Shown here piece after piece: positions 44,820-55,056 of a DNA stretch of 64,000 bases. This stretch comes from an uncultured virus (IMG/VR IMGVR_UViG_3300031994_000073) (Duplodnaviria > Heunggongvirae > Uroviricota > Caudoviricetes): the IMG/VR virus record IMGVR_UViG_3300031994_000073; one strand, given 5' to 3'. The position numbers were made by a program, and so were the translations under genes. Under the pieces are notes generated by a model that was not told the DNA's origin, searched no databases, and saw only the letters and a list, made by a program, of their open reading frames with translations. How positions within the stretch are numbered: the first letter of the stretch is position 1; each line of letters begins with the position of its first letter.

Positions 44820-45560
44820 TTATTCCATTCCACAAGTCAAGGCTTCATAGAAGTCAATCTGAGGCGAGAAGGTTCTCTCAAAAGCAAAGTCTGTGTAAGT
44901 CAAGGAATATCTATCGCCTTCAAATTCAGCAAGACGACGTTTCATTTCTTCCTGCCATTCTTCCTGTTCCTTCGCCTTTGCTTCTTCCCTTAATTTCTTT
45001 TCATCTTTGATGTCTTTTGCGTCTTCGTACTGCTGTCTCTTTAAGCGTTGAGTAAAAGTAACGCAACAGCTCTTGCAGCAGAACTTCTGATAACCAGCTG
45101 AAATCTTCAAGAACGGCGTTGGTTTTCCACATTCAGCGCAGATACCTTCATCGTCACGTTTCAAGTATTCGTCGTAGTACTCCTGCGGAGTCAATTCGTG
45201 AACATCTTTTAAGTGCTTGGTGAATGCTTGCGATGCACGGTTGTTGTTAGCGCCTGTTACTTCCGTCTGACAGATAGGGCACTTGATAGTAGCGCCAGTG
45301 GCGTTCTTTTCTTGGAACTGTCTTGAGCATTTTGCAGAACAGAATCTATCATAGCCAACGACAATATTTCGCCACTTGATATCTGTGCTTCCACAGTTAA
45401 GGCACTTTCCTGTGCTTTCATCACGTAAGTACTTATCATAGTACTCACGGGCATTCATATCGTGTTCGCCAGACAGATGGGAGGTAAACTCCATACTGTC
45501 TTCAAACATCTTTCCACATTCTTTACATTGCGTCTTGATTTTCAATTTCATCTTCTTCAT
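44820..45560 (-). CDS. multi-zinc-finger protein
   Basis: Duplicated unit CxxC..H..H-YYDxYL-CxxC..FCSxxC. Confidence 0.7.
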   Translation of the reverse strand: MKKMKLKIKTQCKECGKMFEDSMEFTSHLSGEHDMNAREYYDKYLRDESTGKCLNCGSTDIKWRNIVVGYDRFCSAKCSRQFQEKNATGATIKCPICQTEVTGANNNRASQAFTKHLKDVHELTPQEYYDEYLKRDDEGICAECGKPTPFLKISAGYQKFCCKSCCVTFTQRLKRQQYEDAKDIKDEKKLREEAKAKEQEEWQEEMKRRLAEFEGDRYSLTYTDFAFERTFSPQIDFYEALTCGME

Positions 45561-46095
45561 CCATCAATTTAAAGTCAAGTTCTTCTACTTGGAATGTCGC
45601 AATGATAGTTCCAATTTCAGAAGCAGTATAGGTAAGGCGCAAGCCAGAAAGGTTATTCAGATGGCAGCGCTTGAAAAGAATCTTCGAGACAGGCTCATGT
45701 TCGTTATTAAGCATGTGAAGTTCAATCGCATCAATGCAGTTTTCATGCACGCACTTTTCGCCATAAATGTTTGTTCTTTCAGCATCTCCATGCAAAGTGT
45801 GGTACATCCATGTATAAAGAGCGTACCAGTTGAAAGCTCTTTCATCAATCGAGAACTCGATGTTAATAGTTCCATAATGTCTATCACCAGTAGTAGCTGG
45901 ATGGTATGCGATAGCATGTCCAAGAACAGTTGAAAGCATTGGAATAGAACAGTCAGGAACGTTAAAGTCCTTTACCTTACCGCTGAAAATCTCCAATGGA
46001 AGATCCTTTCGTCCAGTAAAATTTGGGAAGTTGCTGAAGTGCATCTCCCAATGGTTGGTGTTATAATCATTTATCTCACGGTTAATTCCTGACAT
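45523..46095 (-). CDS. tail completion / tube-like protein (gp3-like)
   Basis: INIEFSIDE..NWYALYTWM, LHMLNN, LSGLRL. Confidence 0.65.
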   Translation of the reverse strand: MSGINREINDYNTNHWEMHFSNFPNFTGRKDLPLEIFSGKVKDFNVPDCSIPMLSTVLGHAIAYHPATTGDRHYGTINIEFSIDERAFNWYALYTWMYHTLHGDAERTNIYGEKCVHENCIDAIELHMLNNEHEPVSKILFKRCHLNNLSGLRLTYTASEIGTIIATFQVEELDFKLMDEEDEIENQDAM

Positions 46096-46103
46096 AAGAT
46101 CTC

Positions 46104-46961
46104 CTAAAATTCATACTCGACCATCACATGGTCTTTGTAGTAATCAACTTTGTCTACTGGATTTATATCTTGAGTTATAGTCACAACATTTATGCCAGAA
46201 CATCCCATAATGTCTTCTGTTGTCTGGCTGCCTACTGTTTCATACCCATCAAGTTCAAGGCCTTCGTTGGTTCCTGGCTGACAGAATGCTGACTTATGAG
46301 TCCAATCACTTGGACTAGAAACATCAATTCCTAAATCAGTTGCAAGATCATTTGGTATGAATGCTGAATAAGTTGCAGCGTATGTAGCAGTTCCATCCTC
46401 AGTTCTACTGCTGTAGTTGTTGATGAACAACTTATCATTATCATTTTCATCGCTGAAGATGTAATCAGGACGATAGGCAGAAGTAGGCAAAACCTTATCC
46501 AGTTCATTTGGGTACTTTTTCTTGATTTCACCAGGCATAAGTCTTGGCATTAAGCAAAGGTCAAAACGAGCGGTATTCTCGAAATCAAACGCAACGACGA
46601 CAAGCAAGACGTACCAGTGATGATCCGGCTTGTCCTCTACACTATTCTTCGGAACGAAACGCATTTCCATTGTCTTATGATCTTCGCTGACCCAGAACTG
46701 AAAACCGTTTCTGATAAGACTTTCTTCATCAGTGTTGCAGTAAGTAGCGACATTGTCCTTCGTAACAAAGGCGAGTGGCTCAGACGCCTCAGTAATGACT
46801 GCTTCATTCTTATTTCTGATTTCGCCTCTATGAAGATATGAATAAAGATAGTCGCCGATGTCTATTCTGAACTCAGGCGACGTAAGGTCAATCGCCTTGT
46901 CCTCAGACGTGACGGTGACCTTTACGATGTATTCAGTATAGTCTGTTTTTACTTGCAACAT
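46104..46961 (-). CDS. hypothetical baseplate-region protein
   Basis: 285 aa, downstream of the gp6-like gene. Confidence 0.65.
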   Translation of the reverse strand: MLQVKTDYTEYIVKVTVTSEDKAIDLTSPEFRIDIGDYLYSYLHRGEIRNKNEAVITEASEPLAFVTKDNVATYCNTDEESLIRNGFQFWVSEDHKTMEMRFVPKNSVEDKPDHHWYVLLVVVAFDFENTARFDLCLMPRLMPGEIKKKYPNELDKVLPTSAYRPDYIFSDENDNDKLFINNYSSRTEDGTATYAATYSAFIPNDLATDLGIDVSSPSDWTHKSAFCQPGTNEGLELDGYETVGSQTTEDIMGCSGINVVTITQDINPVDKVDYYKDHVMVEYEF

Positions 46962-46962
46962 A

Positions 46963-49692
46963 TTATGCTCTGTACTTATAGGTTATGTTTAGACGAACCA
47001 CTGGAAGTTCATTATCCATTGAGTAGTCAATGATGTTGTTATTGTCATCAAGGATTGAGTCACAGAAAACAACCTTCATCTGTCTGTAAATGTCAAGCAC
47101 AAGATTTGTGATTCCATTCCAAAGGTCACCATTGACTGACTGCTCAAGAAGTTCTCCCTTAAGGCTGTCATGTCCATAGTACTTGTTGATAAGATATGGA
47201 ACGAAATGCTGCCAGAATGACTTTTCAGTCAATTCCTTTTCAAGGTCGCCTTGCTGAACAGAACCAAGACGATAGATTGTTTCATCACGGGTTACTTCGT
47301 CCATTGTCTCAATTGTGTAAGGCAAATGAATTGGGCGATCTGCTTGCGTAAGTGCAGGCTTGCATGCATTCATCCATTCTTTTACATCAGCAATAACTGC
47401 TCTGGTTTGTGTAGCGTCAAGTCCATAAGCAGTAGCATTAGAAACTGACAAGTTTGAAGTAGAAGCAAAATCTGCACTACCAGCAACACTGATGTAGAAT
47501 ACTGCATTATCAGCGATCTGTTGAACTTGACTTGTCTGATATCCGTACATTGAAAGAATGAAGTTAGTTGAAGTTTCAGACACTTCATAAGGAGTGAATT
47601 GGAACTTGTTTACTTCAGTACCACCATTATTCAATGAAACGATGATGTTCTTATTCTTAAACGCATCAACGCTGATAGACGCATTGTTGGCGTCAGTCTT
47701 CGGGATGGTGATTGTGTTATAGTTCTGATAATGAACTTCATCTTTATCAATGTAATCTCTGTCAGGAGCACCCGGCAAGTTACGGTTGATTGAGTAAAGA
47801 CCAGAATTTGGTCCAACTGCAAATGAGAACGTAGACTTGTCGCTCATGATAAGTTCTGAAACCTTAATGTCAAGGTTCACTGACTTAGTCTCAGGGCGTT
47901 CATTGAAGAACTTGATAATGTCTGCCTTATAGATTGATTTTCTAAAGGTAGTGTTTTCGTCAAGCCATTCATAAATCTTGTTTTCAACATCAATCTTGTA
48001 CTGCTGCAACTTAGAAAGCGAGTCAACCTCTACAGTTCCAACTACATCAAAGTACTGTACAAATGGCGGCATAGAGTAAAGCTTAGTTCCGATGAGCATC
48101 TTGTCTTGAACGTTATCACGGATCTTCTTTACGTTCTTCTGCCATTGTTGTGACGGGTTCTTTGCATACTGCTGTGTGTCAAAAGACTTAGTGCTAAGAA
48201 GCAACTTGATGTAGTCAGTCAAATGCTCAAGATATTTCGTTCCAGAGCCATAAACAGTGAATGCGCCAAAGGTTTCGTCTTCGTCATCAAGAACATTACG
48301 GACAGAGTTCAACTTTCCGTTGATGTTGTAAGTACTTGCAGCTAAGCAGTAAAGAACGACGTTCTGAAGATACTTGTATGTAACTGTGCCATTTGTGCCA
48401 AGAGCTTCAACTTCATCTTGACCCCAAGCAGATGCGTTCTTTACCTTAATCGGAGTAGTCAAAGAAGTGAAGTATGACTCAAAGTCGTTCTTGGTGATTA
48501 GACGACCTGCAGCAGCATAGTAAAGCGGTGCATGATTCTTGATGCTCAAAGCAGATTCAAAATCAGCGCCAGCAGTAATGTCGCTGTTCAAAAGGATCTG
48601 GACGTTTGAAGAAATGTCAACGATAGATCCAGCTTGGGTAGCGAAGAAATCAGTTGAACACTGGAACATGCTGCCTGTGGTACCGACAGTATTTGCAGTA
48701 GCGCCACGAGTCTTCAAGTAACGAACGTAGATGTTGTCTGAATTGACACTTAGACCGTTATCAACAAGAATGCCGTCGCCGAACTGAATGCGAGTAGTCT
48801 TGTCGCTGTTAGTCGTTACAGCACAGACCTTCAATGGGCTCTTAGGCATATCTTGAGCAAGAACATCTGGGTTCAAGAAGATAGAATAGTCTTCAATGTC
48901 ATAAAGATTAGAACCATCTGAATTGAACGCTTCGTCCTTAGTCTTACCAATGCCAATCTTGGTATAGCCAGAATGCTTTACATAACGTCCATAGTTGTAT
49001 GAGCTAGGATCTCGTCTACCAAACCAGTTTGAGAACTCAAGATCGTTAATGTCATAGAACTGATAATTCTTTCCGAGCTTACGAAGATTTGAAACGCCTT
49101 TAATTTCTACATCAGCAAATTCAGCTTGGTAAGCCTTGATTGGTTGGACATCTCCGGCTTTGTAATACTTGATTCCTGCAAGCGGCAACCACTTCATGTT
49201 TTCTGCTTTCTTAGACATAACGATAGTCTTTGACCACGATGAATTATCGCGTCCATCATTAATGTCCTCAGCAGTGAACGTATATGAATAGTCAGTCGCT
49301 AGAATGTAAGGGTTGCCGTTGAAAGACAACTTAACGTCTTCTTGAGAGAAATAAACAGTAGCACCTGCTTGAAGTTCTGCAGGGAGAGGTCCTCTAAGAA
49401 CGATTGCTACTTCAACTTCTGCAGGAGTAGGTTTCTTTGGTGAATAGCCCAAAGTAGCTGCATGCTTGATAATGCTAGAATCTAGCTTTGCGGTATGCAT
49501 GAAACTTTCTTCTGCCACGCGCTGCATGTAGAAGTTCGTCATGTCAATAGTGCCAGTAAGCATCTCCATAAACATTTGGTAGATAGATGCTGCTGACAAC
49601 TTCTTAAATTTCTCATCAGAACGAAGACGATTGGTAAAGTCCTCAATCATCTGCTGATATGTAAAGCGTGTGTAATGTGTATTAAAAGCCAT
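46963..49692 (-). CDS. baseplate wedge subunit (gp6-like)
   Basis: ESFMHTAKLDSSIIKHAATLGYSP, IQFGDG, GADFES..SIKNHAP..RLITKNDF. Confidence 0.88.
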   Translation of the reverse strand: MAFNTHYTRFTYQQMIEDFTNRLRSDEKFKKLSAASIYQMFMEMLTGTIDMTNFYMQRVAEESFMHTAKLDSSIIKHAATLGYSPKKPTPAEVEVAIVLRGPLPAELQAGATVYFSQEDVKLSFNGNPYILATDYSYTFTAEDINDGRDNSSWSKTIVMSKKAENMKWLPLAGIKYYKAGDVQPIKAYQAEFADVEIKGVSNLRKLGKNYQFYDINDLEFSNWFGRRDPSSYNYGRYVKHSGYTKIGIGKTKDEAFNSDGSNLYDIEDYSIFLNPDVLAQDMPKSPLKVCAVTTNSDKTTRIQFGDGILVDNGLSVNSDNIYVRYLKTRGATANTVGTTGSMFQCSTDFFATQAGSIVDISSNVQILLNSDITAGADFESALSIKNHAPLYYAAAGRLITKNDFESYFTSLTTPIKVKNASAWGQDEVEALGTNGTVTYKYLQNVVLYCLAASTYNINGKLNSVRNVLDDEDETFGAFTVYGSGTKYLEHLTDYIKLLLSTKSFDTQQYAKNPSQQWQKNVKKIRDNVQDKMLIGTKLYSMPPFVQYFDVVGTVEVDSLSKLQQYKIDVENKIYEWLDENTTFRKSIYKADIIKFFNERPETKSVNLDIKVSELIMSDKSTFSFAVGPNSGLYSINRNLPGAPDRDYIDKDEVHYQNYNTITIPKTDANNASISVDAFKNKNIIVSLNNGGTEVNKFQFTPYEVSETSTNFILSMYGYQTSQVQQIADNAVFYISVAGSADFASTSNLSVSNATAYGLDATQTRAVIADVKEWMNACKPALTQADRPIHLPYTIETMDEVTRDETIYRLGSVQQGDLEKELTEKSFWQHFVPYLINKYYGHDSLKGELLEQSVNGDLWNGITNLVLDIYRQMKVVFCDSILDDNNNIIDYSMDNELPVVRLNITYKYRA

Positions 49693-49759
49693 AAAGATTC
49701 CTTTATCTTTTTATATTTATACACAAAAAGGCCGGTGGGAGAACCACCGGCAGTCGCTA

Positions 49760-50611
49760 TTACAAGTCTTTGTACTTGCTGAAGTTTGGAAGGAAGAAAT
49801 CAGGAGTAAATCCAATTTCTTCAACAACGGTATTGCCGCAATCACAAGGAATCTTGATGTTAGGCAAAATACCGAAGTTGTTTTCAAGGAGATAGTTCGT
49901 ATAGACTGAGAAGTCATAGGCGTCAAGTTTCTTTAGATAGTTGTATGCGTCCAAAGTATTGACTCGTTCGCCATTGATTTCTTCAAGATAGACAGTCAAG
50001 TCAATCATATCTGGGTCAAGCGGAATCTTAATCTGCTGATTGTTCTTAACTGAATTAGCACGGTCTTCAGAACGGATAGTTGGAAGACGCAAAGTCAATA
50101 CGTCTTTTGAATGTGGAAGTTCAAGAGTCTTGTTGAAGTCATCGTTCAAGTACGCGACATTCAACTTATTGATAGTTGCTTTATAAATGCCTGCCTTGCC
50201 GCAGTCCTTGCATTTGTACTTAATAAAGATCGGAAAATCGTCATACGTGACGGATCTGATATAAAACAACAGCCAAAGTTTATCGCCCTGCAGAATGTCC
50301 TTATAAGGCACGCCATGTACTCTGTTAAAAAGCACGCCATTGATTCTGGCTTGTGCGTTTTCAGGTTTCATGGTGTTAAGATTCTTAAGGTCAATTGGGT
50401 CAAGCGGAGATACGTACATCGGACACTTGTACTCACGGCCCTTTGAAGGAAGCATGTCAGTGTTCACCATTACTGCATTCTTTGGAATTACTGCCTGTTT
50501 TGGAGTTCCAAGTTCTGCAGCTGCTTCATTCTTAATTGCTTCTTCTTGTGCTAAAAGCTGTGCGGTCATTGCGTTAAGATCGCCACCAGCAGGAAGTTTT
50601 GTACTTTGCAT
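49760..50611 (-). CDS. baseplate hub assembly protein (gp26-like), second paralog
   Basis: LPSKGREY, GDKLWLLFYIRSVTY, CxxC, FTPDFFLP. Confidence 0.72.
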   Translation of the reverse strand: MQSTKLPAGGDLNAMTAQLLAQEEAIKNEAAAELGTPKQAVIPKNAVMVNTDMLPSKGREYKCPMYVSPLDPIDLKNLNTMKPENAQARINGVLFNRVHGVPYKDILQGDKLWLLFYIRSVTYDDFPIFIKYKCKDCGKAGIYKATINKLNVAYLNDDFNKTLELPHSKDVLTLRLPTIRSEDRANSVKNNQQIKIPLDPDMIDLTVYLEEINGERVNTLDAYNYLKKLDAYDFSVYTNYLLENNFGILPNIKIPCDCGNTVVEEIGFTPDFFLPNFSKYKDL

Positions 50612-50648
50612 AAATTCACCTCAAATTGATTTTCTATATTTATTACAC

Positions 50649-50680
50649 AAAAAAGCCGTGAGGCAGAACCTCACGGCTTG
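50649..50680 (-). terminator. intrinsic terminator of the capsid operon
   Basis: AAGCCGTGAGG/CCTCACGGCTT hairpin plus T-run on the minus strand. Confidence 0.8.
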
Positions 50681-50699
50681 GGAATTTTAACTCGCCAGA

Positions 50700-51074
50700 T
50701 TAAGCGTCAAATTCCTTCTTGTTCGGCTTAACTGCAGAGCCAGCTTCATCGGCTGGTCCAATGCCGTAGACAACGTCTGCGACAGAGTATGCAGTGTCCC
50801 CAGAAGTGTAAGTTGGGATCGGAGCCATTGGGTCAACAAGGACGGTGCGCTTGTTGAAGCCAGACGGATCCTTGAACGGATCTGCTGAGTATGCGCCGTT
50901 AACCAACTCATCTGACAACTGACGGTAAATGCCGTCCTGGTAGGAATCGGTTACGTAGGCCTTTCCGTCAGGTCCAATTCCGCTGAATGCAGAAGAATAG
51001 AACTTGTCGAGAGGTGCCTGAACGTAATCGTTACCAACCTGATAAAATTCTGGTGCTTGAACTGTAGGTTTCAT
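50700..51074 (-). CDS. hypothetical protein, possible capsid decoration protein
   Basis: 124 aa directly after the major capsid gene, strong RBS. Confidence 0.6.
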   Translation of the reverse strand: MKPTVQAPEFYQVGNDYVQAPLDKFYSSAFSGIGPDGKAYVTDSYQDGIYRQLSDELVNGAYSADPFKDPSGFNKRTVLVDPMAPIPTYTSGDTAYSVADVVYGIGPADEAGSAVKPNKKEFDA

Positions 51075-51103
51075 TTCTAATTTTCTCCTTTATCGGTTAA
51101 AGA

Positions 51104-52393
51104 TTAGTATACGTCACCAGCAATCTTTCTGTCAAGACCTTCGAACTTCAAGGTGCGATAGTAGTTATCTGCGCCCAAAAGGTTATTCGCAAATGCGTAA
51201 CGGGTCATGATACCGATTCTTGGTGAGAAGGTGTTCGGGTCAATAGCCTGGTTAACTACACCGGTTACGTACGGGCAGAATACCACGCCAGCATCATCGT
51301 TAGATGCGCCCTTGTATGCGATAAGAACTTCACAGTTATCAACACCGTGGTTGACTGCGTAAGCATCGCGGTATACCTTGATTGAACCGCCGTTCAAAGT
51401 ACCAACTTCAGCAGTTGCGGTAGAACCAGTTACATCAGTGGCAATCTTGTTGAAGAACTGGGTTGAAGACTGCAATGCAGTAGCAACAGCCGGAGATACA
51501 ACAGCAATGTTACCCGGAGCCTTACGAGTTGCGATAGCAATATCGTTAGATGCTGCGATGATGTGGGTGATGATGTTAGAGATTCTTTCCTGAGACCAAC
51601 GGCCAGACCAATCATCCTGTACGTCCTTGTTTTCTTCCTTCGGACGGAGAGTCTTGACCTTAGTCAATGCCTTACAACGTGCGATGGTTTCACGGTCAAT
51701 TTCTGCAGTAAGTTCATACTGGAGAGTGTTAACCATGTCGTTCACCATGTCAACGCCCTGCATCTTCTTGATATCGTCAATAGATTCAAGAGAGAAGCTT
51801 GATGCAATCTTACGAGTGCGGGCTACGATTGGCTGACGGCTGAACATGATTGCCAATTCTGGAATCTTGCCGTATCCGTCGTGGTTGTTAACTGACCACT
51901 TTTCAGCTTCCTGAGTTTCTACACCGAGGCCGCTGTCAGCTGGACCATGAGTACCATGCTGAGAACCAGTGAAGCCAGAATATTCCGGCACGTCCTTCCA
52001 TGCTGCTTCAACGACGCGGCCCTTATCGAGTTCGTCCTTGTAAACAGTACGCATTGCGTATGCCAAGCCTACAGGTCCCTGCATTGCCTGAACGCCAACA
52101 AGAACGTTAGCAAACAACTGCGGATAAACACGGCGAACGAGTGCAAGTGAAACTGGAGCAAAAACTGCCTTAGCGTCACCGCCATGTGGGATACCCTGGT
52201 CAGCACCAGTTGGAGCGCCAACACCGATACCAAAGTCTTCTAGCAATGCGCCAGAATAGATATCCTGTGTGCACTGGTTTTCCATCAACTGTGCAACGTT
52301 TTCCTTAATATAACGGTTCTTGATGTCAGCTACTGATAGACCTTCGTCTACTTGAGACCAGTAGTCAACAACTTCTTTTCTGATCTTTGCCAT
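51104..52393 (-). CDS. major capsid protein (T4 gp23-like)
   Basis: LMENQ, LVRRVYPQL, GVQAMQGPVGL, ELTAEIDRE, FCPYV, DPNTFSPRIGIMTRY. Confidence 0.95.
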   Translation of the reverse strand: MAKIRKEVVDYWSQVDEGLSVADIKNRYIKENVAQLMENQCTQDIYSGALLEDFGIGVGAPTGADQGIPHGGDAKAVFAPVSLALVRRVYPQLFANVLVGVQAMQGPVGLAYAMRTVYKDELDKGRVVEAAWKDVPEYSGFTGSQHGTHGPADSGLGVETQEAEKWSVNNHDGYGKIPELAIMFSRQPIVARTRKIASSFSLESIDDIKKMQGVDMVNDMVNTLQYELTAEIDRETIARCKALTKVKTLRPKEENKDVQDDWSGRWSQERISNIITHIIAASNDIAIATRKAPGNIAVVSPAVATALQSSTQFFNKIATDVTGSTATAEVGTLNGGSIKVYRDAYAVNHGVDNCEVLIAYKGASNDDAGVVFCPYVTGVVNQAIDPNTFSPRIGIMTRYAFANNLLGADNYYRTLKFEGLDRKIAGDVY

Positions 52394-52475
52394 TTTCTGA
52401 TTTCCTCCAAATGAGTGTTAAAAATCAAAACTGATAAATTGCTTTATCATTTTATTTTATTTATTTGTTTCTTTT

Positions 52476-53441
52476 TTAATTTTCTCTTGTAAAAGCGGCA
52501 GCTGACTTCAACAAGAAATCATTTGCGCTCATTTGCTGCTTCGGATGGAACTTTTCGGTCAAAATGTCCTGTGTTTCATCTTCTACATGCAATGCATGAG
52601 AATTAAGTCTGTGATTTTCCGAAAGACGCTGTGCAGCAGGGCGCTTCATAGCAGGAGCACGTTCGTTAAGAATAGTGATGTAGGAATCAATATCTTTCTT
52701 AGTGTTTGCGTATGACTTGCTTTCAAACATGTTCTTAACGCGAGCAGTCTGCTGGTCATTAAGTCCACGAGTCTTTTCAGCAATAAGTGCCTTCTTTTCA
52801 GCTTCGTCCAATCTCTTTGAAAGGCTCATACCAGACTCAACCTGAAGTCTGAGAGATTCCTTCAATTCAGCAAGCTCTTTCTTGGCTTCACGAATCTTTG
52901 CAGATCCACTAGTGTCAAGCGGTACGAACTGATCTTGGAATGCGTTCTTGATAACGTTGATGATCGGTTCGTAGGTTTCGTTAACAGCTTGTTTCTTGAT
53001 AAGATCTGGACTGATCTTTTCGGAAATAGTCTTTTCAAGCCAAAGATCCAAGCATTCAAGCATTTCCTGCTCGAAGTTTTCAATCTCTTCGCCAACACGA
53101 GCCTTGAAGTTTTCTTCAGACTTCTCGAAGATATACTGCTTTGCTGCTTCCTCAAGTTTCTTCTGTTGGGCATCAATCTTCTTCTGTGCCTTTTCAGCGA
53201 TACTGGTGCAACGCATTTCACAGTACTTATTGGCTAGAGCTTCCAACTCAGCGGTTTTCTTATCAACTGCTTCTTGGATTTTCTTCTGACAGAATTCGTC
53301 AGCTTTCTTGGCAAGATTCTTTGTTTCTTCTGTAAGTTTTACTTGTACTCTTTCGTCCACAGCTTTCTCGAATGATTCCTTTACTTCATTCAAGTCCTCT
53401 GGAGAAAGGACACCAGAAAGTTTTTCATAAATCTTTTCCAT
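52476..53441 (-). CDS. prohead scaffold protein (gp22-like)
   Basis: Coiled-coil, FEKAVDERV; immediately upstream of the major capsid gene. Confidence 0.8.
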   Translation of the reverse strand: MEKIYEKLSGVLSPEDLNEVKESFEKAVDERVQVKLTEETKNLAKKADEFCQKKIQEAVDKKTAELEALANKYCEMRCTSIAEKAQKKIDAQQKKLEEAAKQYIFEKSEENFKARVGEEIENFEQEMLECLDLWLEKTISEKISPDLIKKQAVNETYEPIINVIKNAFQDQFVPLDTSGSAKIREAKKELAELKESLRLQVESGMSLSKRLDEAEKKALIAEKTRGLNDQQTARVKNMFESKSYANTKKDIDSYITILNERAPAMKRPAAQRLSENHRLNSHALHVEDETQDILTEKFHPKQQMSANDFLLKSAAAFTREN

Positions 53442-53547
53442 TCTATTTCCTCCAATTTACTTTTCAACAACGAGAGGCGTTTAAAATCCTTCTCTTATTT
53501 TATTTATCTCAATGCGGTAGGCAAAAATTCTTGTTTTTAAAGTCATA

Positions 53548-53576
53548 AAAATACCGGAGGACGAACCTCCGGTTTT
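53548..53576 (-). terminator. intrinsic terminator
   Basis: ACCGGAGG/CCTCCGGT hairpin with A/T flanks. Confidence 0.7.
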
Positions 53577-53594
53577 ATTGACGTAGACCTAACT

Positions 53595-54071
53595 TTACGA
53601 GAAATTCTTAATAAGACCAAGTTCTCTATCAAGTTTCTCGATAGTGTCTGCAAAGAGATTTTCTAGCGAGATCTTTGAAGAATACTGTTTCTTATACTGT
53701 TCAAGTTCATCACGGAATGCCTGCAACTTACGAAGAGCAGCAGACAATTCATACTTTTCATCATTGATGAGATATGACTTAGACTGAAGTTTAAATTCAT
53801 ATCCCATAGACAAGACCGTTTCAACTAGCTTGTCAGCGAAGTCTCGGATTGCATCATAGATTTCTTCAAAGTGCGTATGATGGAATCCGCTTCCACAAGT
53901 CCAATGCCAGATCTGAACTTTGTTTGCGAATGTAAGCGCATCAAGTGCGAAAGTATAGAGCTTTTCGCACTCATTGTCCATCGTGCTCGCAAGAAAACTG
54001 AGGAAATCATCAGCAAGCTTCTGATTCTCAGGATTCTGTGCTACTGGTTGTGAAATTGCTTCGCCTTCCAT
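53595..54071 (-). CDS. ferritin/Dps-like protein
   Basis: QIWHW...HHTHFEEIYD...ADKLVE. Confidence 0.7.
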   Translation of the reverse strand: MEGEAISQPVAQNPENQKLADDFLSFLASTMDNECEKLYTFALDALTFANKVQIWHWTCGSGFHHTHFEEIYDAIRDFADKLVETVLSMGYEFKLQSKSYLINDEKYELSAALRKLQAFRDELEQYKKQYSSKISLENLFADTIEKLDRELGLIKNFS

Positions 54072-54424
54072 TAGTCTTCAACCTCTTTAACCTGCACCGC
54101 CTGTGGAGTAAATGCAGAATGCTCGCCTGTGTAGATAGGCTTAAGAAGTTCATGAGTATGTCCGCAAGATTCAAGAACCTTGCCATCAACGATCATATGT
54201 TCATGCATTGCGGCATGAATAGAATCCTTCTTTGGTTCATCGAGAGCAGGACCAGTCTTGCCCCAACCCTGTGCAGGATCCCAAAGAATGTAATCGTGAT
54301 GATGCGGTCCGCAACACTGATTGCCTTTCATGCTATCAGTCTGTCCAATGGAAACAGTGCTTTCATTCAAATCGTGCACTGATTCCACTGTGTTCTTAAG
54401 AAATTCATCTAGATTCTGTGCCAT
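54071..54424 (-). CDS. His-rich hypothetical protein
   Basis: 117 aa, HHHD, HEHMI, GHTHEL. Confidence 0.6.
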   Translation of the reverse strand: MAQNLDEFLKNTVESVHDLNESTVSIGQTDSMKGNQCCGPHHHDYILWDPAQGWGKTGPALDEPKKDSIHAAMHEHMIVDGKVLESCGHTHELLKPIYTGEHSAFTPQAVQVKEVED

Positions 54425-54434
54425 TTATTGCCTC

Positions 54435-55016
54435 TTAGTCATTACCGATAACGCTGAATGTTGAATATCTAAACTGGACAGAACGAGCAAGCTTGGTTTC
54501 AGATTCCATATCAAGTTCAGCAGGAGAGATTTCCTTCGGCCAGCAGAACTTGAACTTGTAAGAAATCGGGAGCTTGTTCTCGAGAGTCGAGTCATAGATG
54601 TCAATGGTGATTGTAGCAGCATAGTCTTGCATATAGTTAGAAACTGCACCACCAGTTGAGCCGTTTGCATCAACGTCATCTTCCTGAGTGTGGTTATAAA
54701 GAAGGTTGGACCATCTGTGAAGAATCTTACCAATCTTCATATCCTGGAACTCATCAAAACGAATAGTCAAAGTACCATCAACGGTTGCCTTGCCTGGGTA
54801 GACGAGCTTTGAGCCCATGAACTCGGTAGCAAGTTCACCAAAAGTCTTACCAGGAATAGATCCAGTACGTGCCTGCAAAAGCATGTCTTCTGGTTCAAGA
54901 ACATCCTCAAGGTCTTTATTGTCAAATTTGAAATTCACAAGGAATAGCCAAGACTTGACAAGGTCTGGCTTATTCTTCAACTTGGTAGTGAATACCGACA
55001 TGTTTTGTACAGCCAT
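54435..55016 (-). CDS. tail tube protein (gp19-like)
   Basis: SIPG..FMGSKLVYPG..LTIRFDE..WPKEISPAELD. Confidence 0.85.
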   Translation of the reverse strand: MAVQNMSVFTTKLKNKPDLVKSWLFLVNFKFDNKDLEDVLEPEDMLLQARTGSIPGKTFGELATEFMGSKLVYPGKATVDGTLTIRFDEFQDMKIGKILHRWSNLLYNHTQEDDVDANGSTGGAVSNYMQDYAATITIDIYDSTLENKLPISYKFKFCWPKEISPAELDMESETKLARSVQFRYSTFSVIGND

Positions 55017-55056
55017 GAAAAATTCTCCTTATACTTTTTATTATTTATACATGGAG

